From contig CAWELD010000001.1 in the NCBI GenBank assembly GCA_963809895.1, positions 1-15,797 of the forward strand: DNA of 15,797 nucleotides, read 5' to 3'. This DNA is from an uncultured Gemmatimonadales bacterium (GTDB lineage: Bacteria > Gemmatimonadota > Gemmatimonadetes > Longimicrobiales > Gaopeijiaceae). The position numbers were made by a program, and so were the translations under genes. How positions within the stretch are numbered: the stretch's first letter is position 1; each line of letters opens with the position of its first letter. The notes below the pieces were generated by a model that saw nothing but the letters and a program-made list of their open reading frames with translations, did no database searches and was not told where the DNA came from. Shown piece by piece: positions 1-11,824 of the stretch.

Positions 1-2
1 GC

Positions 3-107
3 GAGGGCGTTTACCTGGCCGTCCCTGGCTCGAGGAGGGCCTTCGTCACGTTCGATGAGCGGCTCGCACTGGCGGCTCGGTTGGAGGGCTTCCGGATCCT
101 GCCGGAC
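3..107 (+). pseudogene. C-terminal fragment of a PIN-domain (VapC-like) toxin; partial at the window edge or a remnant
   Basis: Frame +3 reads ...RRAFVTFDERLALAARLEGFRILPD, resembling the FVxxDxRLxxAAxxEGFxxLP end of a VapC subfamily. There is no stop after ILP; the frame runs on to TGA at 216-218. Not in the ORF track. Confidence 0.5.
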
Positions 108-118
108 TGTAGCACCCC

Positions 119-185
119 CACCCCTAGCCCGAACAGGGATCCCCCGGTATACTGGTTCGAACCAAGCATAGTCGAACTAGGGGTG
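119..185 (+). promoter_or_regulatory. Probable padR promoter with inverted-repeat operators
   Basis: -10-like TATACT at 148-153. Perfect 9-bp inverted repeat CACCCCTAG (119-127) / CTAGGGGTG (177-185). 12-bp palindrome TGGTTCGAACCA at 153-164. SD-like GAGGTG at 212-217. Confidence 0.6.
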
Positions 186-221
186 AGCGGGAGCCCCGCT
201 CGCCGCGAAGCGAGGTGATTC

Positions 222-554
222 ATGGGCGGTAGCGATCTCTTCAGCGGCACCCTGGACCTGTTGATCCTCCGCACCCTGCGGGCCGGGCCCAAGCACGGGT
301 ACGCCATCGGCCGCGAGATCCGGGACACGTCGGACGGGGTGCTGGATGTCGAGGAGGGGGTGCTCTATCCCGCGCTCCACCGACTCAAGCGGCAGGGACT
401 GCTGGAGTCGGAGTGGGACCGGACCGACACGGGCCGGCGGGCGAAGTTCTACCGCATGACCGACGCCGGCACCGAGCACCTGATCACGCAGTCGGCGCGC
501 TTCAACGAGCTTTCGGGGGCCGTCCAGGCGGTCCTCGCCGACGACAGACGATAG
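222..554 (+). CDS. PadR-family transcriptional regulator (acidobacterial, ADOP-associated type)
   Basis: 110 aa: GTLDLLILRTL..GPKHGYAI, VEEGVLYPALHRL, GRRAKFYRMT. SD upstream. Stop lies 7 bp before the permease start. Confidence 0.95.
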   Translation: MGGSDLFSGTLDLLILRTLRAGPKHGYAIGREIRDTSDGVLDVEEGVLYPALHRLKRQGLLESEWDRTDTGRRAKFYRMTDAGTEHLITQSARFNELSGAVQAVLADDRR

Positions 555-561
555 TCCGCGC

Positions 562-3258
562 ATGAGCCTCTGGACGCGACTCGACGAGCCGGACGTCTCC
601 GACGACGTGCGCGAGGAGATCCGGTTCTACCTGGAGATGCGGGCCAAGGAATTCGAGGCGTCGGGGCTCGACCCGGCGTCGGCGTGGCGCGAAGCGGTGC
701 GCGCCTTCGGAGACCCCGATCAGATACGCAGACGCATGGTGAGGGAGGCGAGGATGACGAAGTGGATGGCGGCGTTCCGGGAGACCGTGGGATCGATGGT
801 ACAGGACCTGCGAATCGCGCTCCGCTCCTATCGGCGAGAGCCCCTCTTCACGCTGGTGGCGGTGACGACGCTCGCCCTGGGGATCGGAGCCAGCACGGCG
901 ATCTTCAGCGTGGCCAGGGAGGCGCTGCTCACCGCTCCTGCCGTGCGTAACGGCGGCGAGTTGGCCGCCGTGTACACCACGTGCCGCAGTGGAACGCCCC
1001 GCTGCTCGAGCTCCTATCCGGACTTCCTCGACTACCGGGACCGCACAGACGGCATCCGCGATCTGGCGGCCACGGCGCTGATCAGCGCGTCGCTGGGGAG
1101 CGAGGATCAGGGCGCCCAGCTCCTCACGGTCCAGACGGTCACGGGCAACTTCTTCGATCTGCTGGGGCTGGTGCCGGCCGAGGGACGCCTGCTCTCGCCC
1201 GCAGACGACGAGTTCGGCGGAGGCGCGCCGGTGGCGGTGCTGTCCCACGAGCTCTGGCGTACGCACTTCGCCGCCGATCCCGACGTGGTGGGCTCGACGA
1301 TCCGGCTCAACGGCCGGGCCTTCCAGGTCGTGGGCGTCGCGCCCTCCGACTTCGACGGGCTCCGCATCAACCTGCATCCGGAGCTGTGGATCCCGATGCA
1401 GTCGCGCCCGTACCTGACCGGCGGCGACGAGGACTTCACGGATCGCTTCGAGGTGCGCGGCAACCGCTGGATCGACCTGTTGGTGGCTCGCCTGGCGCCG
1501 GGTACGTCGCCCGAGGCCGTGCGAGCGGAGCTGTTGGCGCTCTCCACGCAGATGCAGCAGGAGGACCCGGATGCTCGCGGCCCGCGCTCCGTGACGCTGG
1601 ATCCACTCAAGGGCTACATCCTGCCGCCCGCGCGTGAGGCGGATCTTCGCACGTTCGTGCTCCTGCTGGGCGGGACCGTGGGACTCGCGCTCCTGCTCTG
1701 TTGCGCCAACCTGGCCAACCTGCTCCTGGCACGGGCTTCGGGCCGTCGGCGTGCCGTGGGCGTGCGCCGGGCCATGGGCGCCGATCGCGGGCGCATCGTG
1801 CGGCAGCTCGCCACAGAGAGCGTGGTGCTCGCCGCCATGGGCGGCCTCGCGGGCCTCGTTGTGGCCGATGCGCTCATGCGCGTGCTCAGCCGCTTCGATC
1901 TCCCGGGGGGCGTCCCCATCGCTTCGCTGGACCTGGGCCTGGACGGGGGCGCGCTTCTCCTGGCCGGCCTCGTGACCCTGGGGACCGCGGTGCTGTTCGG
2001 CCTCGCCCCCGCCCTGGAGGGGAGTCGCACCGAGCTGGCGCAGGCGCTGTCCAGCGGGCGAGGCGCGCACGACGACCACCGCTCCACCCGGGCCCGCAAG
2101 GCGCTGGTCGCCGTGCAGATCGCGCTCAGTCTCGTGCTTCTGATCGGGTCGGGGCTCTTCGTGCGGACGCTGCGGGCCGGCCTGGCCACCGACCTCGGCT
2201 TCCGCCCCGCGGGCGTGGCGACGCTGCGCTACAATCTGGATCTGGTGGGATACCAGACCGAAGACGCCTGGAGCTTCGTGCGCACCTTCGAGGAGCGCCT
2301 CCGTGGCACACCGGGTGTGGAATCGGTGACCACCGCCACCCGGGTGCCTCTGCAGAACGGTGGAGCGCTGGGCCTGTTCTTCGACGTGAACGGCTACCAA
2401 CCGGCTCCCGACGAGGAGCTCCGCCTGGACCTGGTCGTCACGACACCGGGCTTTCCCGAGACCCTCGGGGTGCGGCTGCTGGAAGGGCGCGACTTCAACG
2501 ACGGTGACGTCCAGGGCGGCGAGCGCGTCGCGATGATCAGTCGCGGGATGGCCGACACCTACTGGCCCTCCGGTGGGGCGGTGGGCGGTCTGGTCACCGC
2601 GAACGGCACCGAGTTCCGGGTGGTGGGCGTGCTCGACAACACGACCTGGAACGGACTGGACGACGAGGTCACGAACTACATGTACGTCCCCATGGCGCAG
2701 CTGCCCTCCATGGCCGCCTCCATGTTCCTGACGGTGGTCACCCGGTCCGCTTCACCCGAGACGACGCTGGGTACCATGCGCTCCGTGATGAGCTCGCTGG
2801 ACCGCGACGTCTCCGCGTACTCCGCCAGCACCATGAACGACATGGTGGCGGGCGTGCTCATGCCGCAGCGCATGGGCGCGGTCCTGTTGTCGGCGTTCGG
2901 TGTGCTCGCACTCGTGCTGTCGGTGGTGGGGATTGCCGGTGTGGTCGCGTACGCGATCAGCCGACGGCGGCGGGATATCGCCGTGCGCATCGCGCTGGGT
3001 GCTTCGGGGGATTCCATCCTGGTGAGCCAGGTCCGCTCCATGGTTCTGCCGGTGCTCGTGGGTCTCGCGGTGGGCACCGGGGCTGCCCTCGTCCTGACCC
3101 GCCTGGTCCAGGGACTCCTCTACCGCGTCAGCGCCACCGATCCACTGACCTATGCGGTGATCGCGGCGGTCGTGGTCGCCGTGGCCACCCTCGCCATCCT
3201 CGTGCCGGCGCGCGCGGCCACGCGGCTCGATCCGGCCGAGGTGCTGGGGGCGGAGTAG
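562..3258 (+). CDS. ADOP-type duplicated orphan ABC permease (MacB-PCD/FtsX x2) with N-terminal permease-prefix (HAAS-like) domain
   Basis: 898 aa. Prefix DDVREEIRFYLEMR...A.REAVRAFGD, then QDLRIALRS, LALGIGASTAIFS, LLLCCANLANLLLAR, LVAVQIALSLVLLIGSGLF, RRRDIAVRIALGA, PARAATRLDP. Confidence 0.95.
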   Translation: MSLWTRLDEPDVSDDVREEIRFYLEMRAKEFEASGLDPASAWREAVRAFGDPDQIRRRMVREARMTKWMAAFRETVGSMVQDLRIALRSYRREPLFTLVAVTTLALGIGASTAIFSVAREALLTAPAVRNGGELAAVYTTCRSGTPRCSSSYPDFLDYRDRTDGIRDLAATALISASLGSEDQGAQLLTVQTVTGNFFDLLGLVPAEGRLLSPADDEFGGGAPVAVLSHELWRTHFAADPDVVGSTIRLNGRAFQVVGVAPSDFDGLRINLHPELWIPMQSRPYLTGGDEDFTDRFEVRGNRWIDLLVARLAPGTSPEAVRAELLALSTQMQQEDPDARGPRSVTLDPLKGYILPPAREADLRTFVLLLGGTVGLALLLCCANLANLLLARASGRRRAVGVRRAMGADRGRIVRQLATESVVLAAMGGLAGLVVADALMRVLSRFDLPGGVPIASLDLGLDGGALLLAGLVTLGTAVLFGLAPALEGSRTELAQALSSGRGAHDDHRSTRARKALVAVQIALSLVLLIGSGLFVRTLRAGLATDLGFRPAGVATLRYNLDLVGYQTEDAWSFVRTFEERLRGTPGVESVTTATRVPLQNGGALGLFFDVNGYQPAPDEELRLDLVVTTPGFPETLGVRLLEGRDFNDGDVQGGERVAMISRGMADTYWPSGGAVGGLVTANGTEFRVVGVLDNTTWNGLDDEVTNYMYVPMAQLPSMAASMFLTVVTRSASPETTLGTMRSVMSSLDRDVSAYSASTMNDMVAGVLMPQRMGAVLLSAFGVLALVLSVVGIAGVVAYAISRRRRDIAVRIALGASGDSILVSQVRSMVLPVLVGLAVGTGAALVLTRLVQGLLYRVSATDPLTYAVIAAVVVAVATLAILVPARAATRLDPAEVLGAE

Positions 3259-3365
3259 CGCGCGCGTTCGCCCATGGGTTCGCCCTTTTCGAGCCCCCAG
3301 GTTTCCGGACGTGAATGGAGGCTCCAGGATTGCACAGGAAGGGTGGCCCGCATGGTCGCAAGTCA

Positions 3366-3402
3366 TCTTGACATCATGGATCAAGAGCATCATGATGCGC
3401 AC
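3366..3402 (+). promoter_or_regulatory. sigma70-type leaderless promoter of vapBC with palindromic operators
   Basis: TTGACA (3368-3373), N17, CATGAT (3391-3396), N6, ATG (3403), with no SD. Inverted repeat TCTTGA/TCAAGA (3366-3371 / 3381-3386) and perfect palindrome GCATCATGATGC (3387-3398). Confidence 0.75.
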
Positions 3403-3663
3403 ATGCGCACTACGCTCACCCTGGATCCGGACGTCGCGAAGCGCCTGGAGTCGGAGATGGCGCGTTCCGGCGAGGGTATGAAGGCCGTCGTCAACCGCGC
3501 GCTCCGTCTCGGGCTCGGAATGACCGACAAGCCCGCCACTCCGGAGCCATTCACCGTCGAGCCGCACCAGTTCGGCTTCCGACCGGGGACGGATCTCGAT
3601 CGGCTCAACCAGTTGGTCGACGAGCTCGAGGCCGAAGAGGTGGCGCGGAAACTCGACTCGTGA
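3403..3663 (+). CDS. vapB: VapB-type antitoxin with ribbon-helix-helix N-terminus
   Basis: MRTTLTLDPDVAKRL...MKAVVNRALRLGL with an acidic C-terminal tail. Start reassigned from 3274 to ATG 3403. GTGA overlap with the PIN gene. Confidence 0.9.
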   Translation: MRTTLTLDPDVAKRLESEMARSGEGMKAVVNRALRLGLGMTDKPATPEPFTVEPHQFGFRPGTDLDRLNQLVDELEAEEVARKLDS

Positions 3664-4091
3664 TCGTTCCGGACGTCAACCTCCTGGTCCACGCTTACAA
3701 CGCGGACTCCCCGGTCCATGCGCCGGCTCGCGCGTGGTGGGAGCGGCTCCTGGGCGATCCGGCGCCCGTGGGGCTTCCCTGGGTCGTGGCCCTCGGCTTC
3801 ATCCGGATCACGACGCATCCCCGCATCGTGGCCCATCCGCTGCCGGCTGCTAATGCGTGCGGTCATGTCGAGGCGTGGCTCCGGCAGCCCCAGGTGTCCC
3901 CACTCTATCCCGGCGAGCGCCATTCGGTCATCCTCTTCGACCTCCTGCGCCGTCTCGGCACCGCCGGGAATCTCACGACGGACGCACACCTCGCCGCGCT
4001 CGCCATCGAGCATCAGGCCGAGCTGCACTCCACCGACGCCGACTTCACCCGCTTCTCGGGGCTGCGCTGGACGAACCCGCTGGCAGGGTAG
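3660..4091 (+). CDS. vapC: VapC PIN-domain ribonuclease toxin (Mycobacterium-like PIN family)
   Basis: 143 aa: PDVNLLVHA, FIRITTHPRI, GNLTTDAHLAALAIEH, STDADFTRFSGLRWTNPL. Overlaps the antitoxin. Confidence 0.95.
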   Translation: MIVPDVNLLVHAYNADSPVHAPARAWWERLLGDPAPVGLPWVVALGFIRITTHPRIVAHPLPAANACGHVEAWLRQPQVSPLYPGERHSVILFDLLRRLGTAGNLTTDAHLAALAIEHQAELHSTDADFTRFSGLRWTNPLAG

Positions 4092-4112
4092 GCCGTTGAA
4101 ACCGCTGCCGCC

Positions 4113-4289
4113 ATGGGATTGACCGTGTGTCGGACGTCCTTCATGCCGGTCGTCCACCTGGCGGAGCAGCTCGACTTCACCCGCGATCCATTCGATCGGT
4201 TGATCGTCGCCCACGCGGCGCTCCACGAGGCGTCACTCGTCACGAAGGACGGCGATCTCCACGAGAACTACGCGCTCGCCGTCTGGTGA
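4113..4289 (+). pseudogene. C-terminal half of a second, different PIN-domain toxin (58 codons, N-terminus missing)
   Basis: MGLTVCRTSFMPVVHLAEQLDFTRDPFDRLIVAHAALHEASLVTKDGDLHENYALAVW*. DPFDRLIVA and LVTKD are PIN motifs. The N-terminal catalytic Asp strand is absent. Below the ORF-track length cutoff. Confidence 0.85.
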
Positions 4290-7717
<3,428 letters not shown>

Positions 7718-7781
7718 CGGGGTCCAGTGCCTGACGCCGCAGGAGTCCGCGAGAGCTCGGCCCGACCTACGGTAGCTGGGT

Positions 7782-10196
7782 TCACCGGCGGAGGATGTCC
7801 GCCGGGTTCGCGCGGGAGGCTCGCCAGGAAGGAATCCACGTCGCCGTCAAACCTACGACCCCAGCAGTGAGCACCGCGGTCGTGAGAGCGAGCGGATCGT
7901 GGGGACCGACCCCGTAGAGAAGGGTCGACAGCAACCCCGAGAGGGCGAGCGCGCCGGCCAGCCCGAGCACGATGCCGAGCCCCACCAGTGTCCCCCCGCT
8001 CCGGAGCACGAGCGAGCGGACCGACCCCGGGTCGGCCCCCAGCGTCATGCGGATGGCCAGCTCGCGGCGCCGGGCCTGGATCGTGTACGAGATCACTCCG
8101 AACAGGCCGACCATGCTCAGGAGCAGACCTGCGGCCGCGAATCCGCCGGTGGTCCAGCCGCTCAGGCGATTCGGCGCGAGTCGGTCGGCCAGGTAACCGC
8201 GCATGGGGCGGATCTTGCCGATGGGGAGCTCGGGATCCAGGGTGGCCACGACCTCGCGCACCGACCCCGTCAGGCTCAGGGGATTGCCGGCCGTGCGCAC
8301 GGTCACGAAGATCTCCCAATCGGTCCAGGAGGAGTGGGCCATGGGTAGGTAGATCGTCTCTGCGGCGTATGTGCGCAGGCGGGGATGGTCCAGGTCGGCG
8401 ACCACGCCGACGACGGTCAGGGCTCGGGGATCGCCCTCGAGCTCCAGGCTCTGTCCCACTGCCGAGCGACCTGGCCAGTTGTCCGTCGCGAGCTGCTCGT
8501 TCACGAGTACCGCGAGCGTGTCCCCGGCGCCCAGATTCCGGCCCTCCACGAGCTGCATCCCCATGGCCTCCAGTAGCCCAGGAGAGGCGAGGCGAAAGTC
8601 CGCGAAGGGCGCGTCGTCGTCCGATGGGGTGGCGGCGGTCCGGTAGTTTCCCGCCCAGAGTTGGCCCTCGAGGGGGAGGGGCCAGGTGGAGCCTGCGGAC
8701 TGGATACCGGGACGTTGACGGAGTGCATCCTCCAGACGCGCGAGGAACTGGGCCGTCTCCACCGGTGCCGAATAGCGCGTGCCGGGGAGATTCACACCGA
8801 AGGTGAGCAGGTTGCCGGTCTCGAACCCGGCATCGACGTGGCTGAGCTTCCAGGCGCTCCGTACGAGGATGCTGGTACCCGCCAGCAGCAGTGTCGCCAG
8901 CGCCACCTCGAGGACGACGAGCCCACGGCGCACGGAGGTGCTTCCGGCGCCGCGTACACCGAGGCCTTCGCCCAATCGGGTACGGCTCGCCGACACGGCC
9001 GCTCCCGTTGCGGACAAGACACCGGCGAGGAGTGCGGCCGGTGCTACGATCCGAAGGCTCGGCGCTCCCAGAGCCAGCTCGTCGAGTCGGGGGATGCCCG
9101 TCAGGTGCAATGCGCGAACGCCCGCCAGGATCCCGGCAGCGAGCGCGAGCCCCACGATTCCGGCGAGGGCTCCGACCGCCACGCCCTCGACCAGGAGCAG
9201 GCGAAGGAGTCGCAGCCGACGGGCGCCCAGGGTCAACCGAGTGCGGTGTTCGGAACGCCGCCGCTGGCTGCGTACGAGAAAGAGGTTGGCGACGTTTGCA
9301 CAGGCGAGCAGCAACACGAGCAGCGCCGCTGCCTGAAAGAGCACCAGGAAGGGACGTACGTCGCCCGTGACCTCGCGGATGAGGGGGTCGACCGAGACCT
9401 CGTAACCGAGCGCTGCATGGTCCGGATAGCGTCCCCGCAACTCCGCGGCGATTCGCTCCAGCCCTTCTCGCGCCTGTGAGGGCGTGGCTCCAGGCTTCAG
9501 CCGTCCGATGATCCGGAGCTGCGAGCTCTGGATGTCCGGGGTCACCCACCGATCCGGGCTGCCGACCTCGTCGGGGGGCCGCCAGACGTCGATGGTGGTG
9601 GCGATGCCGGCGTCCGGAGCGAGGTGGAGACGGAAGCCGGCGGGGAGCACGCCCACCACGGTGAACGGTCGGCCGTTCAGTTGCACGCTACGACCGATCA
9701 CGTCCGGATCCGCCGCGAAATCCCGCGTCCACGCGCCGTGACCCAGCAGCACCGACGTCGAGGGCTCGGTGGCGGTGAAGTCCCGCCCCAGAGCCGGACG
9801 AACACCCATCACCGACAGGAAGTTTCGCGACACCCACCCTACGGTCACCTGCTCGGGCCGTGCGCCACCGGTGAGGTTCTGGATGAGCGAGCCCACCGCG
9901 GCGATGCCCTCGAACGATCCCGCTTCGCGCTGATACGTCCGGAAGTCGGCCCCCGTCGTGGCCATCCGCTCCACACCCTTGGTCGGCCACCTCGACCAGA
10001 TCATCATCAGCCGTCCCGAATCGGGATACGGCAGGGGATCCAGTACGATGACGCGCAGCGCCGCGTAGGCTGCGGTGGTCGCCCCGATGCCCAGGCCGAG
10101 GACGATTGCGGCGACCACGGTGAAGTTGACATCGCGGCGGAGTCCACGAACCGTCTCGCGGACGTCGTGGACGAGGGAGCTGACGAGCTCGAGCAC
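7782..10196 (-). CDS. Second ADOP-type duplicated ABC permease, lacking the N-terminal prefix domain
   Basis: 804 aa: LGLGIGATTA, LLLACANVANLFLVR, LVVLEVALATLLLAG, RRRELAIRMTLGA, IPSWRASRANP. AGGAG lies 8 nt before the GTG start. Confidence 0.93.
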   Translation of the reverse strand: MLELVSSLVHDVRETVRGLRRDVNFTVVAAIVLGLGIGATTAAYAALRVIVLDPLPYPDSGRLMMIWSRWPTKGVERMATTGADFRTYQREAGSFEGIAAVGSLIQNLTGGARPEQVTVGWVSRNFLSVMGVRPALGRDFTATEPSTSVLLGHGAWTRDFAADPDVIGRSVQLNGRPFTVVGVLPAGFRLHLAPDAGIATTIDVWRPPDEVGSPDRWVTPDIQSSQLRIIGRLKPGATPSQAREGLERIAAELRGRYPDHAALGYEVSVDPLIREVTGDVRPFLVLFQAAALLVLLLACANVANLFLVRSQRRRSEHRTRLTLGARRLRLLRLLLVEGVAVGALAGIVGLALAAGILAGVRALHLTGIPRLDELALGAPSLRIVAPAALLAGVLSATGAAVSASRTRLGEGLGVRGAGSTSVRRGLVVLEVALATLLLAGTSILVRSAWKLSHVDAGFETGNLLTFGVNLPGTRYSAPVETAQFLARLEDALRQRPGIQSAGSTWPLPLEGQLWAGNYRTAATPSDDDAPFADFRLASPGLLEAMGMQLVEGRNLGAGDTLAVLVNEQLATDNWPGRSAVGQSLELEGDPRALTVVGVVADLDHPRLRTYAAETIYLPMAHSSWTDWEIFVTVRTAGNPLSLTGSVREVVATLDPELPIGKIRPMRGYLADRLAPNRLSGWTTGGFAAAGLLLSMVGLFGVISYTIQARRRELAIRMTLGADPGSVRSLVLRSGGTLVGLGIVLGLAGALALSGLLSTLLYGVGPHDPLALTTAVLTAGVVGLTATWIPSWRASRANPADILRR

Positions 10197-10320
10197 GGCA
10201 GGATCTCCTGGGTAGGCTGATACGAGCCTCGAATGATCCAGCCGGGAGAGACCCCGCCGCTATCGCATTCTTGCGGACTTCTCGATTGGCTACGGAGAGC
10301 GCCTGCGGCGCGCGGCTACG

Positions 10321-11286
10321 CTAGCGGCGGATCCGCATCCCCCGAGCCGAATCCCACTGGAGGATCCTCTCGCTCCGTGCCAGCGGGGCCTCGGGCACCT
10401 CACCGACCGCCACGCCCGACGTCCAATCCGAGGGGCAAATGGCGACGTAGCGCGCGAATCCCCCGACACCGCCTTTGAACTTGGGGTAGCCGATCGTCAC
10501 CAGGCACCCGGTCTCGGGGACCTGATCCAGGTGCGCCACGCCCTCGGCTTGAGCGTAGCCGTGGTGCATGAGCCAGTCCTCGCCCTCGAGCGTCGGGGTG
10601 GTGTCGGTGTCCAGGGGCTCGTGGCCATGGAACAGGATGTGGCGCTGCTCGTGCAGGAACTGGAGCGCCGCCAGCGACACGCCAGGAAACACCGTCTGCG
10701 TCGCCAGCGCCGGATCGGGCCAGTCCTTCGACCAGTCCGAGCGCACCATCACCACCGAGCCCTCGGGAATGCGGCCGTTTCGTGCTTCCCAGCGCTCGAT
10801 GTCCGCCACCTGGAGGTGGTAGCCCGGCTCGCTGGCCACCTGATCCACCATGGAGATCACCACCAGCGGCCGCAGGGCGTAGGTGGGCGGCAGCTCGTCG
10901 ATGGCGGGATACTCGGGTGCCCAGTGAGCCGGCGGATCCAACTGCGTCCCGAACTGGTCCGTGCCCAACTCGTAGCGCGTGGCCTCGAAGCCGTCGGCGG
11001 CGTACAGATAGGGCTTGCCGGTCTCGGGGTTGAGCACGAGGCCGAAGGTGGATGGGGCGAAGCCGTGCCAGACGGGGATGTCGGGGGTGAGCGTGTGGGT
11101 GAGGTCGACGTAGCGGGCGTGGCGCAGCGTCTGATTCCAGAGTTGCCAGAGGCCCGGGGCGTCGGGGCTCTGAGACACGGACGGCGTGGTGTCGGCGTCG
11201 GACGCGGCGTCGGCCCCTGGCCGGCAGCCGATCACCGACAACGCCACGGCGGCGGCGAGGAGGAACTGGACACGTGCGTGGATCAT
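10321..11286 (-). CDS. Cyclase/kynurenine-formamidase-family metallohydrolase, predicted lipoprotein
   Basis: True start ATG 11286 (GGAG 8 nt upstream), 321 aa. Signal peptide and lipobox MIHARVQFLLAAAVALSVIG-C. YVDLTH, QFGTQLDPPAHW, IPEGSVVMVRSDWS, FPG, GHEPLDTD, E-GVAHLDQVP. Confidence 0.88.
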   Translation of the reverse strand: MIHARVQFLLAAAVALSVIGCRPGADAASDADTTPSVSQSPDAPGLWQLWNQTLRHARYVDLTHTLTPDIPVWHGFAPSTFGLVLNPETGKPYLYAADGFEATRYELGTDQFGTQLDPPAHWAPEYPAIDELPPTYALRPLVVISMVDQVASEPGYHLQVADIERWEARNGRIPEGSVVMVRSDWSKDWPDPALATQTVFPGVSLAALQFLHEQRHILFHGHEPLDTDTTPTLEGEDWLMHHGYAQAEGVAHLDQVPETGCLVTIGYPKFKGGVGGFARYVAICPSDWTSGVAVGEVPEAPLARSERILQWDSARGMRIRR

Positions 11287-11778
11287 CGGACCTGCTCCGT
11301 CGGGGGGATGATCGAAGCCTGACCTGCGGGGCTCCACGGGGCGTGTCGGGAGCGGCGGCTGGCACATGCCTCCAGGTAGTCCCTCAGGATGGCGTCGAGC
11401 CTTCGCCCCCTGCGCTCCAGCAGCACGTGAGTGGGGCTGCGATCGTGCAGTGACGCGTCCCCGACGCCGGTGTCTTCCGGGTCGCGCCCACCGGTGGAAG
11501 AACCAGGGCATGAAGACCGGGATATGCGGCGTGTCGGGATTGAATTCCCCATCGTCCTGCCACGCCGTGAACTCAGCCCATGCCTCGTCGACGACGCCGG
11601 GCCCGTAGACCTCGCCGACAAAGCGGAGCATGACGGTGGGGAACCCGTCCAGCGACGTGCGCAGCCGGCGCCACGTGGTATCCTCCGGCGAGGACGGAGT
11701 CCCCGTCGCGCGGCCATGGCACCGCTTGTACTTCTGCCCGCTGCCGCAGGGACAGGGGTCGTTTCGGCCGACGCTCAT
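11283..11778 (-). pseudogene. SEC-C metal-binding motif protein, frameshifted at about 11484 and probably truncated
   Basis: MSVGRNDPCPCGSGQKYKRCH. Protein-like sequence runs to FMPWFFHRWA, then continues in another frame (DPEDTGVGDASLHDRSPTHVLLERRGRRLDAILRDYLEAC). That frame stops at TGA 11283-11285, overlapping the hydrolase ATG. Confidence 0.75.
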
Positions 11779-11824
11779 GCGCCAAGATGCGCGGTCGCGT
11801 GGCCGCGGCGCCAGATTCCTCGCC

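Noticed and set aside
150..168. GGTTCGAACC resembling a tRNA T-loop or att site
   Set aside because: The 5-bp T-stem does not pair properly and there is no acceptor, D or anticodon arm. It is better explained as a promoter palindrome.
502..2400. Long antisense and alternative-frame ORFs (e.g. 502..2400, 7486..9549, 10400..11365, 13411..14541)
   Set aside because: Arg/Gly/Pro-rich shadow ORFs of real genes, expected in high-GC DNA, with no family motifs.
3266..3285. GTTCGCCC direct repeat after ADOP1; possible attC, CRISPR or terminator
   Set aside because: Only two 8-bp copies, with no array, no R''/R' attC structure and no convincing stem before the T-run.
4089..4289. Amber read-through joining VapC to the PIN remnant
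   Set aside because: VapC ends at its family-typical NPL terminus, there is no recoding evidence, and same-frame adjacency occurs one time in three by chance.
10321..11778. 485-aa SEC-C/cyclase fusion in the ORF track
   Set aside because: Artefact of the frameshift at 11484. The linker is off-frame sequence, and the hydrolase has its own SD, ATG and signal peptide at 11286.
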